A stretch of DNA of 64,000 nucleotides from an uncultured Candidatus Binatia bacterium (GCA_964291295.2 OZ219754.1:3008001-3072000); one strand, 5' to 3'; counted from the stretch's first letter, positions 10,284 through 20,117 are shown. Numbers and translations: made by a program. Notes: a model not told the origin generated them from the letters alone.

Positions 10284-10468
10284 TCTGTCCGTCCTCCCTT
10301 GGGCAACTGACGATTCAACCGACGGTCCGGTCGGAAATGGTTCGTGGCAACTTAGTAGAACCCGTCGTCTTCCGCAAGCTCGACGATTCGCACCGCAGCC
10401 GGGCGCGGTGGACAGCCGCGAGAGAAAGCTGCTAGCACTTGAGGATCTCACGCCGCCGGAGAATCCGC

Positions 10469-11530
10469 ATGCCGCTGATGATCGACAACAGCATTGCCGA
10501 GCGGGCGCTCGACATGAACGACGCCATCGACGCCATGGAAAGCGCGCTCAAGCAGCTCGCGGCAGGTGACGCCGTCTACCAGCCACGGACCGACCTGTGG
10601 TCGCCCACCGCCACGGTGGGCGACTACTTCCGCTGGGGCTCGCTCCTGGGCGCCATCAAGGAGCCGCCGATCCTGGCTTTCCGCTTCAAGCTGGACATCA
10701 TGACCTGGCAGGAGTACAGCGGCGCGGTCACGGAGCACTGGTTCAACGTGGAGCCGGGCAAGTACTGCGGCATCATCCTGCTGGTGGACACCCGCACCGG
10801 CGAGCTGCTGTGCATCATGAACGACGGCTATCTGCAGAGCTATCGCGTGGGCGCCACCGCGGGCGTCGGGGTCCGGCACCTCTCCCGGCCCGACTCCAGG
10901 GTCATGGGCGTTCTGGGTTCCGGCGCCATGGCCCGCACCTACGCCATGGCCACCTGCGCGGTCCGGCCCATCGAGCACATCAAGATATTCAGCCCCACCC
11001 GGGCCAACCGGGAAGCCTGGGCCACGAGGATGGCGGAGGTGCTGAAGATCAGGGTGACGGCGGTGAACACGGCCCGGGAGGCCATGAGCGGCGTCGACAT
11101 CGGCGCCACCTGCACGGACTCGCGCGTCCCGCTGTTCCAGGCCGACTGGCTGCAGACCGGCATGCACGTGGTGGACGTGCGGCCCGAGGAGCTGGAGGGG
11201 GAGACCTACGAGAAGGCCGACGTCGTCATCGGCACTTCCAACCAGGCGGTCCTCAACTACGCCTTGGGCACCCGGGAGGAACGCGACCGGCGCCCCATCG
11301 ACGACAACTATCGCCGGCGCTACACCAGCCGGAATCACACCACCCTGTCCGAGCTGCTCAACGGTGACAAGCCCGGCCGGGAGAATGACTCCCAGACCAC
11401 CCTCCACCACAACTTCTCCGCCGGCATCCAGTTCGCCGCGGTGGGCTACCTCGTCTACCGTTACGCCAGGGACAACGGTCTCGGCCGCGAACTGCCGCTG
11501 GAGTGGTTCCAGCAGGACATTCGAAACTGA
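10469..11530 (+). CDS. Ornithine cyclodeaminase/mu-crystallin family protein
   Basis: DTRTGELLCIMNDGYLQSYRVGATAG, GVLGSGAMA Rossmann motif, TCTDS. Confidence 0.85.
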   Translation: MPLMIDNSIAERALDMNDAIDAMESALKQLAAGDAVYQPRTDLWSPTATVGDYFRWGSLLGAIKEPPILAFRFKLDIMTWQEYSGAVTEHWFNVEPGKYCGIILLVDTRTGELLCIMNDGYLQSYRVGATAGVGVRHLSRPDSRVMGVLGSGAMARTYAMATCAVRPIEHIKIFSPTRANREAWATRMAEVLKIRVTAVNTAREAMSGVDIGATCTDSRVPLFQADWLQTGMHVVDVRPEELEGETYEKADVVIGTSNQAVLNYALGTREERDRRPIDDNYRRRYTSRNHTTLSELLNGDKPGRENDSQTTLHHNFSAGIQFAAVGYLVYRYARDNGLGRELPLEWFQQDIRN

Positions 11531-11585
11531 CGGTCCGGCGGGTCGATGAGTACGCGCCGGATCGATTGCCGTTGGCGAGACGGCA

Positions 11586-11609
11586 TGCCCCGGTCGAGGA
11601 CCGGGGCGT
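11586..11609 (+). terminator. GC-rich hairpin downstream of the OCD-family gene
   Basis: GCCCCGGTC-GAG-GACCGGGGC stem-loop; no U tract. Confidence 0.35.
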
Positions 11610-11621
11610 GATCCCGCGCCC

Positions 11622-12497
11622 ATGACACTGCTGCCCCAGGCCCTGGGTCTGCTGACGGCATGGACCTACGGCGCCAGCATCATCTCGGCGCGCCGGGGTC
11701 TTCAGTATTCCAACGCCAGCACGGTCACCCTGCTCTCGCTGATCTCCCAGACCGTGCTCCTGTGGAGCCTCGTGGCGGCCTTCACCGGCGTCCCGGACAT
11801 CGGCACGGACTTTCTTCGGGCGGCCATTGCGGCGGGAGTCCTGATGCCGGTGGTGCGCTGGCTCACCTATACGGGGATCTCGAAGATCGGCGCGGCTCGG
11901 GGCACGGCGTTGCGCTCCACCCATCCGCTCTTCAGCGCCCTGCTGGCACTGACGTTTCTGGGCGAAACCGCCGTCACCCCGGTGTTGGCCGGAATCGTTC
12001 TGATCGTGGCGGGCATCGCGCTGCTCTCCTGGCGGGAAGAGAAAACGGTCACTCCGGCGCGCTGGTGGCACGGCGTCTACTCGCTTTCCGGGGCGGTGTC
12101 GGCCGCGGCGGTGCACAACATCGCCCGCTTCTCGCTCAAGACCGCGGCCTTCCCGATCCTGTTCTGCGCCATCGTCGGCGCCGTGTCGCTGACGACCTTC
12201 GCCGCCTGTCTGGCGTTGGCCGCCACCCCCCATCGACCCTCCTGGGACCGGCGGGCCGTGAGGCCGTTCCTCGCCGCGGCGTTGCTGGAAAACCTCGGTT
12301 TTCTTCTGTTCAACACCGCCCTCAGCGTGGGGCCCGTGGTGGTGGTGACCCCCCTGGTCGCCACCCAGCCCATGTGGGTGCTGGTCTTCACCATGGCATT
12401 TCTTCGCAGCGTCGAAATGGTGACGCTTCGGACCACAGGCGGCAGTCTCGCGGTGGTGGCGGGGACGCTGGCCATCACCCTGGGAGCCGCCTCGTAG
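11622..12497 (+). CDS. EamA/DMT family transporter
   Basis: Two hydrophobic repeats; PLFSALLALTFLGE and VVVVTPLVATQP motifs. Confidence 0.88.
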   Translation: MTLLPQALGLLTAWTYGASIISARRGLQYSNASTVTLLSLISQTVLLWSLVAAFTGVPDIGTDFLRAAIAAGVLMPVVRWLTYTGISKIGAARGTALRSTHPLFSALLALTFLGETAVTPVLAGIVLIVAGIALLSWREEKTVTPARWWHGVYSLSGAVSAAAVHNIARFSLKTAAFPILFCAIVGAVSLTTFAACLALAATPHRPSWDRRAVRPFLAAALLENLGFLLFNTALSVGPVVVVTPLVATQPMWVLVFTMAFLRSVEMVTLRTTGGSLAVVAGTLAITLGAAS

Positions 12498-12561
12498 CGG
12501 TTCCGAGCCAGCCCCGACGATGGCGCGCAAAGGAAACCGAGGAGGAAGCAGCGGCGGTGTC

Positions 12562-13815
12562 ATGGATGCATCAATGAGACCCAGGGCCAAGCCCGCGCTG
12601 CTGGCACCCCGCGTGCTGCGCAACTTCCTGCTGCTGTACGGCGGCACGCTCCTTTCGGGTCTGGGCTGGGGCATGGTGCTGCCCACCCTTCCGGTGCTGG
12701 CCGGATCCTTCGACGTCTCACTGGGCGCCGCGGCCCAGACGGTTACCGCCTGGGCCGCAGGCCGGTTCTTCGGCACCCCGGTGAGCGGCATCCTGCTCGA
12801 CCGGACCGGACCGCGGGTGATGATGGTGGGAGGCGCGGCCGTCACCAGCGTGGCCGCCGCGGGCGCCTTCGCAAGCCCCGCCTTCGGCTGGCTGCTGCTG
12901 GCGGCCTTCGTCATCGGCGCCGCCGACGCGGTGTGGAACCTGGGCCGCGAGGTGGCGGGCATCGACCTCACCACCCGGAACCAGCGGGGACGGGTCATGA
13001 GCGGCTTTCACGGCGTCCATAACGCCGGGCTCACCTTGGGACCGCTGGCGGGCGGTCTCCTCACCGTGGCCGCCGGTTTCCGCTACGTGTTCGTCGCCTA
13101 CGCCCTGTTGGCGGCCATGGCCGCCCTGTGCGGCCTGGCGGTGGATCGGCCCGCTCACGCGGGCGGCCCCATGCCGCAGCCGCCCGTCCGCAGCCCCTTC
13201 CGGGGCTTCGGGATCCGTGGCCGGATCGTCGCGTTGTACCGTGAGGTGGCACCGCCGCTTCGCCGCACCTACGCGGTCCTGGTGGCCGCCACCAGCGCCA
13301 GCCTGATGTGCCGGCTCACCCTCCAGAGCATGCTGCCCCTCTATGCCGGCGGCCATCTGGGTTTCAGCCCGGTGGAGGTGGGCACCCTCTTTTCCATCTC
13401 CGGAGTGGTGGTCTTCTTCATGATCGTGCCGGCGGGATTCGTCCTCGACAAGGTGGGAAGGAAGTGGGCCACGGTGCCCAGCACCGTGATTCCGGCCGTG
13501 GTCTTTCTCATGATCCCGCTGGCTGACACCTTTTCCCAACTGGCCGTGCTGGTAGCGCTGATGGGGGTCGCCAACGGGCTCTCCCTGGGCTGTCTCGCCA
13601 CTTCCACCTATGACGTGGCGCCGCGGCACGTACGGGGCCGCCTTCAGGCCATGCGCCGGACCCTTGCCGACCTGGCGGGTCTGGGGGCGCCGCTGGGCGG
13701 CGGCATGCTCGCCAACGCGTTCCACCCCGGAGTCCCGTTCGTGGCCCTGACCCCGGTCCTGTGGTTGTCGGCGCTGCTGCTGGCCTTCGTGGCCAGGGAG
13801 ACGCTGGAGCGTTGA
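12562..13815 (+). CDS. MFS transporter
   Basis: About 12 TM segments; GILLDRTGPR and GFVLDKVGRK (motif A), RGRVMS; start uncertain (12520 or 12562). Confidence 0.88.
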   Translation: MDASMRPRAKPALLAPRVLRNFLLLYGGTLLSGLGWGMVLPTLPVLAGSFDVSLGAAAQTVTAWAAGRFFGTPVSGILLDRTGPRVMMVGGAAVTSVAAAGAFASPAFGWLLLAAFVIGAADAVWNLGREVAGIDLTTRNQRGRVMSGFHGVHNAGLTLGPLAGGLLTVAAGFRYVFVAYALLAAMAALCGLAVDRPAHAGGPMPQPPVRSPFRGFGIRGRIVALYREVAPPLRRTYAVLVAATSASLMCRLTLQSMLPLYAGGHLGFSPVEVGTLFSISGVVVFFMIVPAGFVLDKVGRKWATVPSTVIPAVVFLMIPLADTFSQLAVLVALMGVANGLSLGCLATSTYDVAPRHVRGRLQAMRRTLADLAGLGAPLGGGMLANAFHPGVPFVALTPVLWLSALLLAFVARETLER

Positions 13816-13998
13816 ACCCGCGGCCAGCGTCCTTCCGCCACGGGTTGCGCGCGGCGACATCGTCACTATATTGAGAGCATCCGGGCGCGACTCCGTCGTC
13901 GCCACCCCGCGCGCCCCGGCAATGGCACGGAGGCGCCATTTCGGTGAGACCATTTCGGAGGCGACGTGTCGCACACGCCGCTCTCAAGGGAGAAACCC

Positions 13999-14451
13999 AT
14001 GCGCGTACAACTGGCCCTCAATGTCGCCGACCTCGAACAGGCCATCACGTTCTATTCCAGGCTGTTCGGAACGCCCGTCCACAAGCGCAGGCCGGGCTAC
14101 GCCAACTTCGCCATCGACGATCCACCGCTCAAGCTCGTCCTGTTCGAGCGCGCCGGGGCCGAGGAACGGCTGAACCACCTGGGCGTGGAGGTCTTTCGGG
14201 ACGAGGATGTCTCCACCGCGACGGAGCGCTTCAAGGCCGCCGCCATCGACCATCGGGTCGAAGGCGAGACGCACTGCTGCCACGCCACCCAGAACAAGGT
14301 ATGGGCCAGGGAGCCTGAAGGGTTGCGCTGGGAGTGGTACCGGATCACCGACGACACCGATGCCCTTTTTCCCGAGCCGGAGCCGCCCGCGGAGAAACGG
14401 CGGCCCGCGGACTGCTGCGCGCCCGCCGGACCCGAGCGGCCCGGGGCCTGA
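13999..14451 (+). CDS. ArsI/CadI-family VOC metalloenzyme (organoarsenical C-As lyase-like)
   Basis: MRVQLALNV, RPGYANF, PPLKLVL, LNHLGVEV, vicinal CC-xx-xQNKVW, WEWY and a second CC near the C-terminus. Confidence 0.85.
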   Translation: MRVQLALNVADLEQAITFYSRLFGTPVHKRRPGYANFAIDDPPLKLVLFERAGAEERLNHLGVEVFRDEDVSTATERFKAAAIDHRVEGETHCCHATQNKVWAREPEGLRWEWYRITDDTDALFPEPEPPAEKRRPADCCAPAGPERPGA

Positions 14452-14463
14452 ACGGGCTTCGGC

Positions 14464-15237
14464 TCAGAGCAAGGTCGGCTCGTCCGAGCCGGCAGGTCCG
14501 CCCGGCAGGTCCGCCGTCTCCAACTGGTCGCGGAAGCGTTGGGTGGCGGCCCAGGCCGCCTCGTATCGGTCCTGACCGATACGGCCCCGCATGAGTTCCA
14601 CCCGGAGCAGGACGAAATAGGTCTGGATGACGTCCTGGCGGCAGTAGTCGTGGATCTCCGCCAGTCGGCCCGCCTCCCAGAACTCCTGGACCCGGGAGCC
14701 GTCAATGTCGCCCTTGCCGCGCAGGCCGATGAGCTTGCAGAGCAGGTCGAAGCCGCCGTGGAGGCGGTGAACGCCGTAATTGTTGATGAACTCATAGAGG
14801 TCGTAGTGGCCTTCCTCCGAGTACCGGTAGCGGTGTCCGAAGCGCTGATTGAAGTAGCGCGGTGCCCGGCAGCCGTATTTGAACGCCTGCAACTCCAGCA
14901 CCGGCAGGTCGAAGTTGCGCCCGTTGAAAGAGACCAGCGTGCCGTTGAACCGCTCCACGCGTTCCCAGAAGTCCCGGACGATGCCCTCCTCGCTGTAGTC
15001 ATCGGCGCACAGGGACTCGACGTTGGCCAGCACGACGTCGCTGTTCACGATGCCCACGGCGATGGAGACCGGCACGTGGAAGGAAACGGGGAGAAAGTCG
15101 CTGCGGGTCTCCGCCACCCGCTCGGCGCGAAGCCGTTCATAGGCCTGCCGCTCGGAGATATCCTCCCCGGGAGCACGGACCGACTTGACCAGCGCCTTGT
15201 CGATGCGAGTCTCGATATCGAAGATGGCGTACTGCAT
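14464..15237 (-). CDS. Predicted 3'-5' exonuclease (PolB-exonuclease-like, DEDD)
   Basis: FDIET (ExoI), SFNGRNFDLPVL (ExoII), YCRQDV (ExoIII). Confidence 0.88.
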   Translation of the reverse strand: MQYAIFDIETRIDKALVKSVRAPGEDISERQAYERLRAERVAETRSDFLPVSFHVPVSIAVGIVNSDVVLANVESLCADDYSEEGIVRDFWERVERFNGTLVSFNGRNFDLPVLELQAFKYGCRAPRYFNQRFGHRYRYSEEGHYDLYEFINNYGVHRLHGGFDLLCKLIGLRGKGDIDGSRVQEFWEAGRLAEIHDYCRQDVIQTYFVLLRVELMRGRIGQDRYEAAWAATQRFRDQLETADLPGGPAGSDEPTLL

Positions 15238-15252
15238 CGCACCGGGCGGCGG

Positions 15253-16299
15253 CTACTCCGGCCGTACCAGCAGCACCCGGTCGGCCGGCAGTTCCAGCGG
15301 CAGGCGCACCCAGGACTCGCCTTCATCCTCGGAGACGAGAATATCGCCCTTCCCCTTCTGGTTCGCATCGCTGGAACGGCCCCGGGACACCGCGCCGAGG
15401 CCGGCGTAGACGCGCCCGGGCGCGTCCGGGTGTTGGGCCAGCGCCCAGACCATCTGCGGCATGTCATCCGGCAGCCCCCGGCCGACGCCCACCCGTTCCC
15501 AGCTCGAACCCAGGTCACGGCTGCGGAAGAGCGCCCCCCGGGCCTTCTCGGGGCGGTCCCAATAGCCCGGCGACTTGTCCGCGGCGGCCACCAGCACCAC
15601 CGGTGGCGTCCCGGGCAGGAAGACGAAATCGTGGAAATAGTCCCGGGTCATGCCGCTCTCCGCGCGCCGCCAGCCGGTGCCCGGGTCATCGCTGCGAAAG
15701 AAGCCCCGGGCGGTGGCCACGAACAGCGGCCCCGCCCCCGCCGGGGTGGTGCGGAGGTGGTGGATGTCGAGATAGTCGATGCCGCCGCTGACATCCTCGA
15801 AGGAAGCGCCGCGGTCGAAGGTGCGCACGATGCCGCCGTGCTCCAGGCAGACATGGAGCCGGCGGGGGTCGTCGGGCGACACGAAGATGTGCCGGACGTG
15901 CTCCCGATGCGGCGGGCGCGGATAGGTCCACTTGGCGCGTACCTCCGCCGGCAGTTGCTGCAAGGCCGACAACTCCTCCCAGCTCGCGCCGCCGTCCTCG
16001 CTCCGGTGGAGGTGTATGGGTTCGGTGCCCGCGTAGACCACGTCCGGGTTGCCGGGGTCCACGGTCACGGCCCGGACATTGCCGGAGAACACCGTGCGCC
16101 AGCGTTGACCGCCGTCGTCGCTGCGACAGAGCCCCGCGTCCGCCACGCTGGCGTACACCGTCTCCGGCCTCTGGACAGGGCCGTCGATGGCATCCACCGT
16201 GCCGGCCGGGAGGGTCACCGCCAGTTCCTCCCAGGTGTGCCCGCCGCCGCGCCACACCCGCAGGCCCTCCTGCGTTCCCGCCAGTATCCGTTGGGTCAT
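15253..16299 (-). CDS. BNR/Asp-box repeat beta-propeller protein (no signal peptide)
   Basis: Repeated Asp-box motifs: SDDGGQRW, SEDGGASW, TFDRGASF, SRDLGSSW, SEDEGESW. Confidence 0.8.
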   Translation of the reverse strand: MTQRILAGTQEGLRVWRGGGHTWEELAVTLPAGTVDAIDGPVQRPETVYASVADAGLCRSDDGGQRWRTVFSGNVRAVTVDPGNPDVVYAGTEPIHLHRSEDGGASWEELSALQQLPAEVRAKWTYPRPPHREHVRHIFVSPDDPRRLHVCLEHGGIVRTFDRGASFEDVSGGIDYLDIHHLRTTPAGAGPLFVATARGFFRSDDPGTGWRRAESGMTRDYFHDFVFLPGTPPVVLVAAADKSPGYWDRPEKARGALFRSRDLGSSWERVGVGRGLPDDMPQMVWALAQHPDAPGRVYAGLGAVSRGRSSDANQKGKGDILVSEDEGESWVRLPLELPADRVLLVRPE

Positions 16300-16335
16300 T
16301 GCCGTTCCTCCCTGGACGCGGCCCGCGGTACTCGG

Positions 16336-16800
16336 TCAAGCCCTGGCGGTCAACTCCTTGATGGCCGCCATCACCTCCACGTAGGTGCCGCAGCGGCAGA
16401 TGTTGCCCGAAAGGTAGTCCCGCACCTCGGCCTCGTCGGGATTCGGATTCTCGTTCAGGAGTCCCTTGACCGCCATGATCATGCCCGGGGTGCAGAAGCC
16501 GCACTGGAAGGCCTGATGGTCCAGGAACGCCTGCTGCACCCGATCGAGCCTGCCGGCGTGGCCGAGGCCCTCGATGGTGAGCACCTCCCGTCCTTCCGCG
16601 TTGCTGGCCAGCATCAGGCAGGAACTCACCGGCTTGCCGTCCACCAGCACCGTGCAGGCGCCGCACACCCCCACGCTGCAACCCTCCCGGGTGCCCTTGA
16701 GCCGCAGGTCGTCGCGCAGCACCTCCAGCAGCGTCTGGTGGGACCTGACCGACAGTTCCCGCTCCCGCCCGTTGACCCTGGCGGTGATCAGGTGTCTCAT
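16336..16800 (-). CDS. (2Fe-2S)-binding small subunit of a xanthine-oxidase-family enzyme (CoxS-like)
   Basis: GCSVGVCGACTV, QCGFCTPG and GNICRCGTY motifs; start overlaps the large-subunit stop. Confidence 0.93.
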   Translation of the reverse strand: MRHLITARVNGRERELSVRSHQTLLEVLRDDLRLKGTREGCSVGVCGACTVLVDGKPVSSCLMLASNAEGREVLTIEGLGHAGRLDRVQQAFLDHQAFQCGFCTPGMIMAVKGLLNENPNPDEAEVRDYLSGNICRCGTYVEVMAAIKELTARA

Positions 16801-19124
16801 GACCGCTTCTCCTTGGCTTCGCGCTCGGCCAGCGCCGCCACGATGCGCTCGGGGCGAAGCGGCAACTCGGTGATGTGGATGCCGCCCAAGGCATTGGCCA
16901 CGGCGTTGCCGATGGCCGGGGCCACCGCCGGGATCACCGCCTCCCCCACCCCCTTGGCACCGAACGGGCCGTCCGGATGCGGATTTTCCACCAGCAGCGA
17001 GCGGAACCGATCCGGGTGGTCCTCCATGGACGGCAGCATGTATTCGAGCAGGCTGCCGTTCACGGGCTGGCCCTGCTCGAACACCATCTCCTCGAAGAAG
17101 GCCGCTCCGAGGGCCTCCAGCATGGAGCCCTCGTTCTGAAGCCGGCACTGGAGCGGATTGATGGCCTTGCCCGCGTCCACCGAGGTGACCACGTTGAGGA
17201 GGCGCACCTTGCCGGTCTCCACGTCCACCTCCACCTCCGCGCCGCAGGCCGAGAAGAACCAGAAGGCGGCGGCCTTGCCCTTGCCGGTCTTGGGGTCGAG
17301 GCCGCCCTGGACCTGGAAATTGCAACTCCCGAAGATGCTGCCCACCGCATCGCCGTACTTCACCCGCAGGAGCTGCGGCACGGTGAGGCTCCGGTCGGGA
17401 ACACCCCGGACCCGGACGCCGCCGGCGCCGAGTTCCAGATCCTCCCTGTCCACTTCCAGCGCCTGGGCGCCGGCCTCCAGCAGTTGCGCGCGCACATCTT
17501 CCGCGGCCCTCAGCGCGGCGTTGCCCATGTGGAACGTGGTACGGCTGGAACTGGTGGACTTGTCGTAGGGGGTCACGTCGGTGTCCGGTGCGGACACGGT
17601 CACCCGCTCCACCGGAATGCCGAGCCGCTCGGCGACGATCTGCGCCAGACAGGTGCGCACTCCCTGCCCCATCTCCGTGCTGCTGGTCAGGAGCATCACC
17701 GAGCCGTCGCCGTTGAGCCGCACGCTGGCGGCCGACGCCGTGGGCGTGGTGGTGCTCTTCATGATGACCGCCAGGCCCCGGCCGCGCCTCGACGTCCCCT
17801 GGCCGGCGCCGGCCTCCTGTTCCGCGGCACCGCGCCAGCCGATGCTCGACGCCACCTGCCGGAGGCAGTCCGCGGCGCCCACCGACACCAGGGATTCGCC
17901 GGTGACGAAGACGTCGCCTTCCCGGACCAGGTTCTTGAGCCGAAGCTGCAGCGGATCCATGCCGAGATGCCGCGCGATGCGGTCCATCTCCGACTCGCAG
18001 GCCCAAGCCACATGGGACACCCCCACGCCGCGGTAGGGGCCTGCCGGGGGAAGGTTGGTGTAGACCGCATGGGTGGTCATGCGGCAGTGGGGCACTCGGT
18101 ACGGGCCGCTGGCCACGTAGGAACCGGTCTTGGCGTTGGCCGGACCGGAGAGGGCGTAGGCGCCAAGGTCGTAGAAAACCTCCACCTCCCGCGCCACCAG
18201 GCTGCCGTCGCGCTTGAACCCGGTCCTGATCCGGATGAATCCCCCGTAGCGGCGTCCGGTGAGAAACACCTCCTCCCGGGTCAGCACCCACTGGACCGGC
18301 CTTCCGGCCTTGCGCGCCAACAGCGCGGTCACCGGTTCCAGGCGGGCATGGGTCTTGCCGCCGTAACCGCCGCCCACATGGGGCACCACCACCCGGACGC
18401 CGCTCTCGGGCAGTTTGAAGATCCGCGCCAACTGCTCCTGGAGCCCCACCGCGTTCTGGCACGGAGCATGCACCCGCAGCCGGTTGGGCGACTCCCACGC
18501 CGCCGTGGCCACATGGGGCTCGATGTGGCCGTGCTGTACCGGCGGCATGCGGTAGGTGTTCTCCAGGATCTCGTCGGCCTCGGCGAAGCCGGCGTCGAGG
18601 TCGCCGTCCGCGGCGCGGAACACGCTGCAGACATTGCCGCCGGCGTTGAGATTGAGCTGCTCGCGGAAGATGGCGGCCCGGGTCTCGAAATGCTCCTCGT
18701 GGATCACCGGCGCATCGGGCCGGGCCGCCTCCACCACGTCGAAAACCGCGGGCAGGGGTTCGTACTCCACCTCCAGCAGCTCCACCGCCTCCTCGGCGAT
18801 CTCCCGCTCCTCCGCCGCCACCGCGGCCACGATATCGCCGACGCAACGCACCCGGTCCCGGGCCAGCACCGGCTGGTCCTCCACCACCGGGCCATAGCAG
18901 GGGTTCAGGCCCTGAAGATCGTCCCGGGTGACGATGGCGATGACACCGGGCAGAGCCGCGGCCCGGCTCACATCGATGCGGAGGAGCCTGGCATGGGGGT
19001 GCGGGCTGCGCAGCGCCCTGGCATGGAGCATGCCCGGCAACTCGATGTCGGCGGTGTACTGCGCGGTGCCGGAGACCTTGGCGTTGCCGTCCACCCGCGG
19101 GGTGTCGCTGCCGACCGCGTTCAT
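16797..19124 (-). CDS. Xanthine-oxidase-family molybdopterin-binding large subunit (CoxL-like, not CODH)
   Basis: LRSPHPHA, HIEPH, VGGGYGGK, PYRGVG, GQG, SSSRTT and GAKGVGE motifs. Confidence 0.93.
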   Translation of the reverse strand: MNAVGSDTPRVDGNAKVSGTAQYTADIELPGMLHARALRSPHPHARLLRIDVSRAAALPGVIAIVTRDDLQGLNPCYGPVVEDQPVLARDRVRCVGDIVAAVAAEEREIAEEAVELLEVEYEPLPAVFDVVEAARPDAPVIHEEHFETRAAIFREQLNLNAGGNVCSVFRAADGDLDAGFAEADEILENTYRMPPVQHGHIEPHVATAAWESPNRLRVHAPCQNAVGLQEQLARIFKLPESGVRVVVPHVGGGYGGKTHARLEPVTALLARKAGRPVQWVLTREEVFLTGRRYGGFIRIRTGFKRDGSLVAREVEVFYDLGAYALSGPANAKTGSYVASGPYRVPHCRMTTHAVYTNLPPAGPYRGVGVSHVAWACESEMDRIARHLGMDPLQLRLKNLVREGDVFVTGESLVSVGAADCLRQVASSIGWRGAAEQEAGAGQGTSRRGRGLAVIMKSTTTPTASAASVRLNGDGSVMLLTSSTEMGQGVRTCLAQIVAERLGIPVERVTVSAPDTDVTPYDKSTSSSRTTFHMGNAALRAAEDVRAQLLEAGAQALEVDREDLELGAGGVRVRGVPDRSLTVPQLLRVKYGDAVGSIFGSCNFQVQGGLDPKTGKGKAAAFWFFSACGAEVEVDVETGKVRLLNVVTSVDAGKAINPLQCRLQNEGSMLEALGAAFFEEMVFEQGQPVNGSLLEYMLPSMEDHPDRFRSLLVENPHPDGPFGAKGVGEAVIPAVAPAIGNAVANALGGIHITELPLRPERIVAALAEREAKEKRS

Positions 19125-19963
19125 GGGGAGGCCGCCTGCCACGCCGCGGCCAAGGCACGGCGGCCAAGGACGCGCACCAGGTGGCGCTTGTAATCCGCCG
19201 AGCCGCGGAGGTCGGGGATGGGATCGATCTCCCCGGCGGCCCGTTCGGCGAGCCTTGCCGGCGTGCCCTCGGACGGATCGGCTTCGCACAGGAGCAACGG
19301 CCTTGCCGCCACCGCTCCCACCGCCAGACGCGCCTCCACCGGACGATGGCCCTGAAGCCGCACCAGCGCGGTGATCCCCGCGCACGGTCGCTCCTCCGAG
19401 GAGCCGGTGGTGAACTTGACGTAGTCGCCCACGAGGCGGCCCCGCACCGGCGGCACCGTCACCGCGGTCACCATCTCCCCCGCCGCCAGCGCGGTCTCGT
19501 AGGTGCCGCGGAGAAAGTCCGCCAGCTTCATGGCGCGGGTGCCGCGGACGCCGCTCAGCTCCACATAGGCGTCCAGCGCCACCAGTACGGCCGGCGGGTC
19601 CGACTGGTGGTCGCCATGGGCCAGATTGCCGCCGATGGTGGCGAGATGGCGTATGCGAATGTTGGCCACCTGATGACAGGCCCGGGCCAGCACGGGCAGA
19701 TGCTGCCGCACCACCGGCGCGGTCTCCACCTCGTGAAGGGTCGCCATGGCCTCAATGCGGATGGCCCCGGCGTGGTCGCGGGTGATGGCGCTGGCGCCCT
19801 CCAGCTTCCCGAGGTTCACCAGGGTCACGGGCCGCAAGAGTCCCTGCCGGACCAGAATCAGAAGCGCGGTGCCGCCGCTGACGGGACGGACATCCTCGCC
19901 AGCGTCGAGCATCCGGCATGCTTCGGCAACGGTCCTGGGTTCCAGTAGATCGAAAGGGTGCAT
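19121..19963 (-). CDS. FAD-binding medium subunit (CoxM-like)
   Basis: SGGTAL, IRHLATIGGNL, DLRGSADYK. Confidence 0.92.
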   Translation of the reverse strand: MHPFDLLEPRTVAEACRMLDAGEDVRPVSGGTALLILVRQGLLRPVTLVNLGKLEGASAITRDHAGAIRIEAMATLHEVETAPVVRQHLPVLARACHQVANIRIRHLATIGGNLAHGDHQSDPPAVLVALDAYVELSGVRGTRAMKLADFLRGTYETALAAGEMVTAVTVPPVRGRLVGDYVKFTTGSSEERPCAGITALVRLQGHRPVEARLAVGAVAARPLLLCEADPSEGTPARLAERAAGEIDPIPDLRGSADYKRHLVRVLGRRALAAAWQAASP

Positions 19964-20074
19964 GATTCCCGGGATTCGACGGCTGGCCGGCGCCCGCGGC
20001 GGGATGCGACACCAGGCATGGACGCCACGCGTGCCGAAACCCTCCGGGCAGCCGTCAACCGGCCACTGGTAGCG

Positions 20075-20103
20075 TGCATAACACCGGGCCGGAGCCATTG
20101 CAA
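20075..20103 (-). promoter_or_regulatory. Candidate sigma70 promoter for the M-L-S operon
   Basis: TTGCAA-17 bp-TATGCA with TG just upstream of the -10 on the minus strand. Confidence 0.35.
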
Positions 20104-20117
20104 CGTACCCCGTCCCG

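Noticed and set aside
16797-19124. Aerobic CO dehydrogenase
   Set aside because: The active-site loop PYRGVG matches neither the form I nor the form II CODH motif.
16336-19167. 943-aa ORF suggesting a long fusion to the 2Fe-2S subunit
   Set aside because: Only the last 154 aa are real; the rest is an off-frame overlap with the large subunit. The same applies to the extended mrpC, mrpE, mrpF and tctB ORFs.
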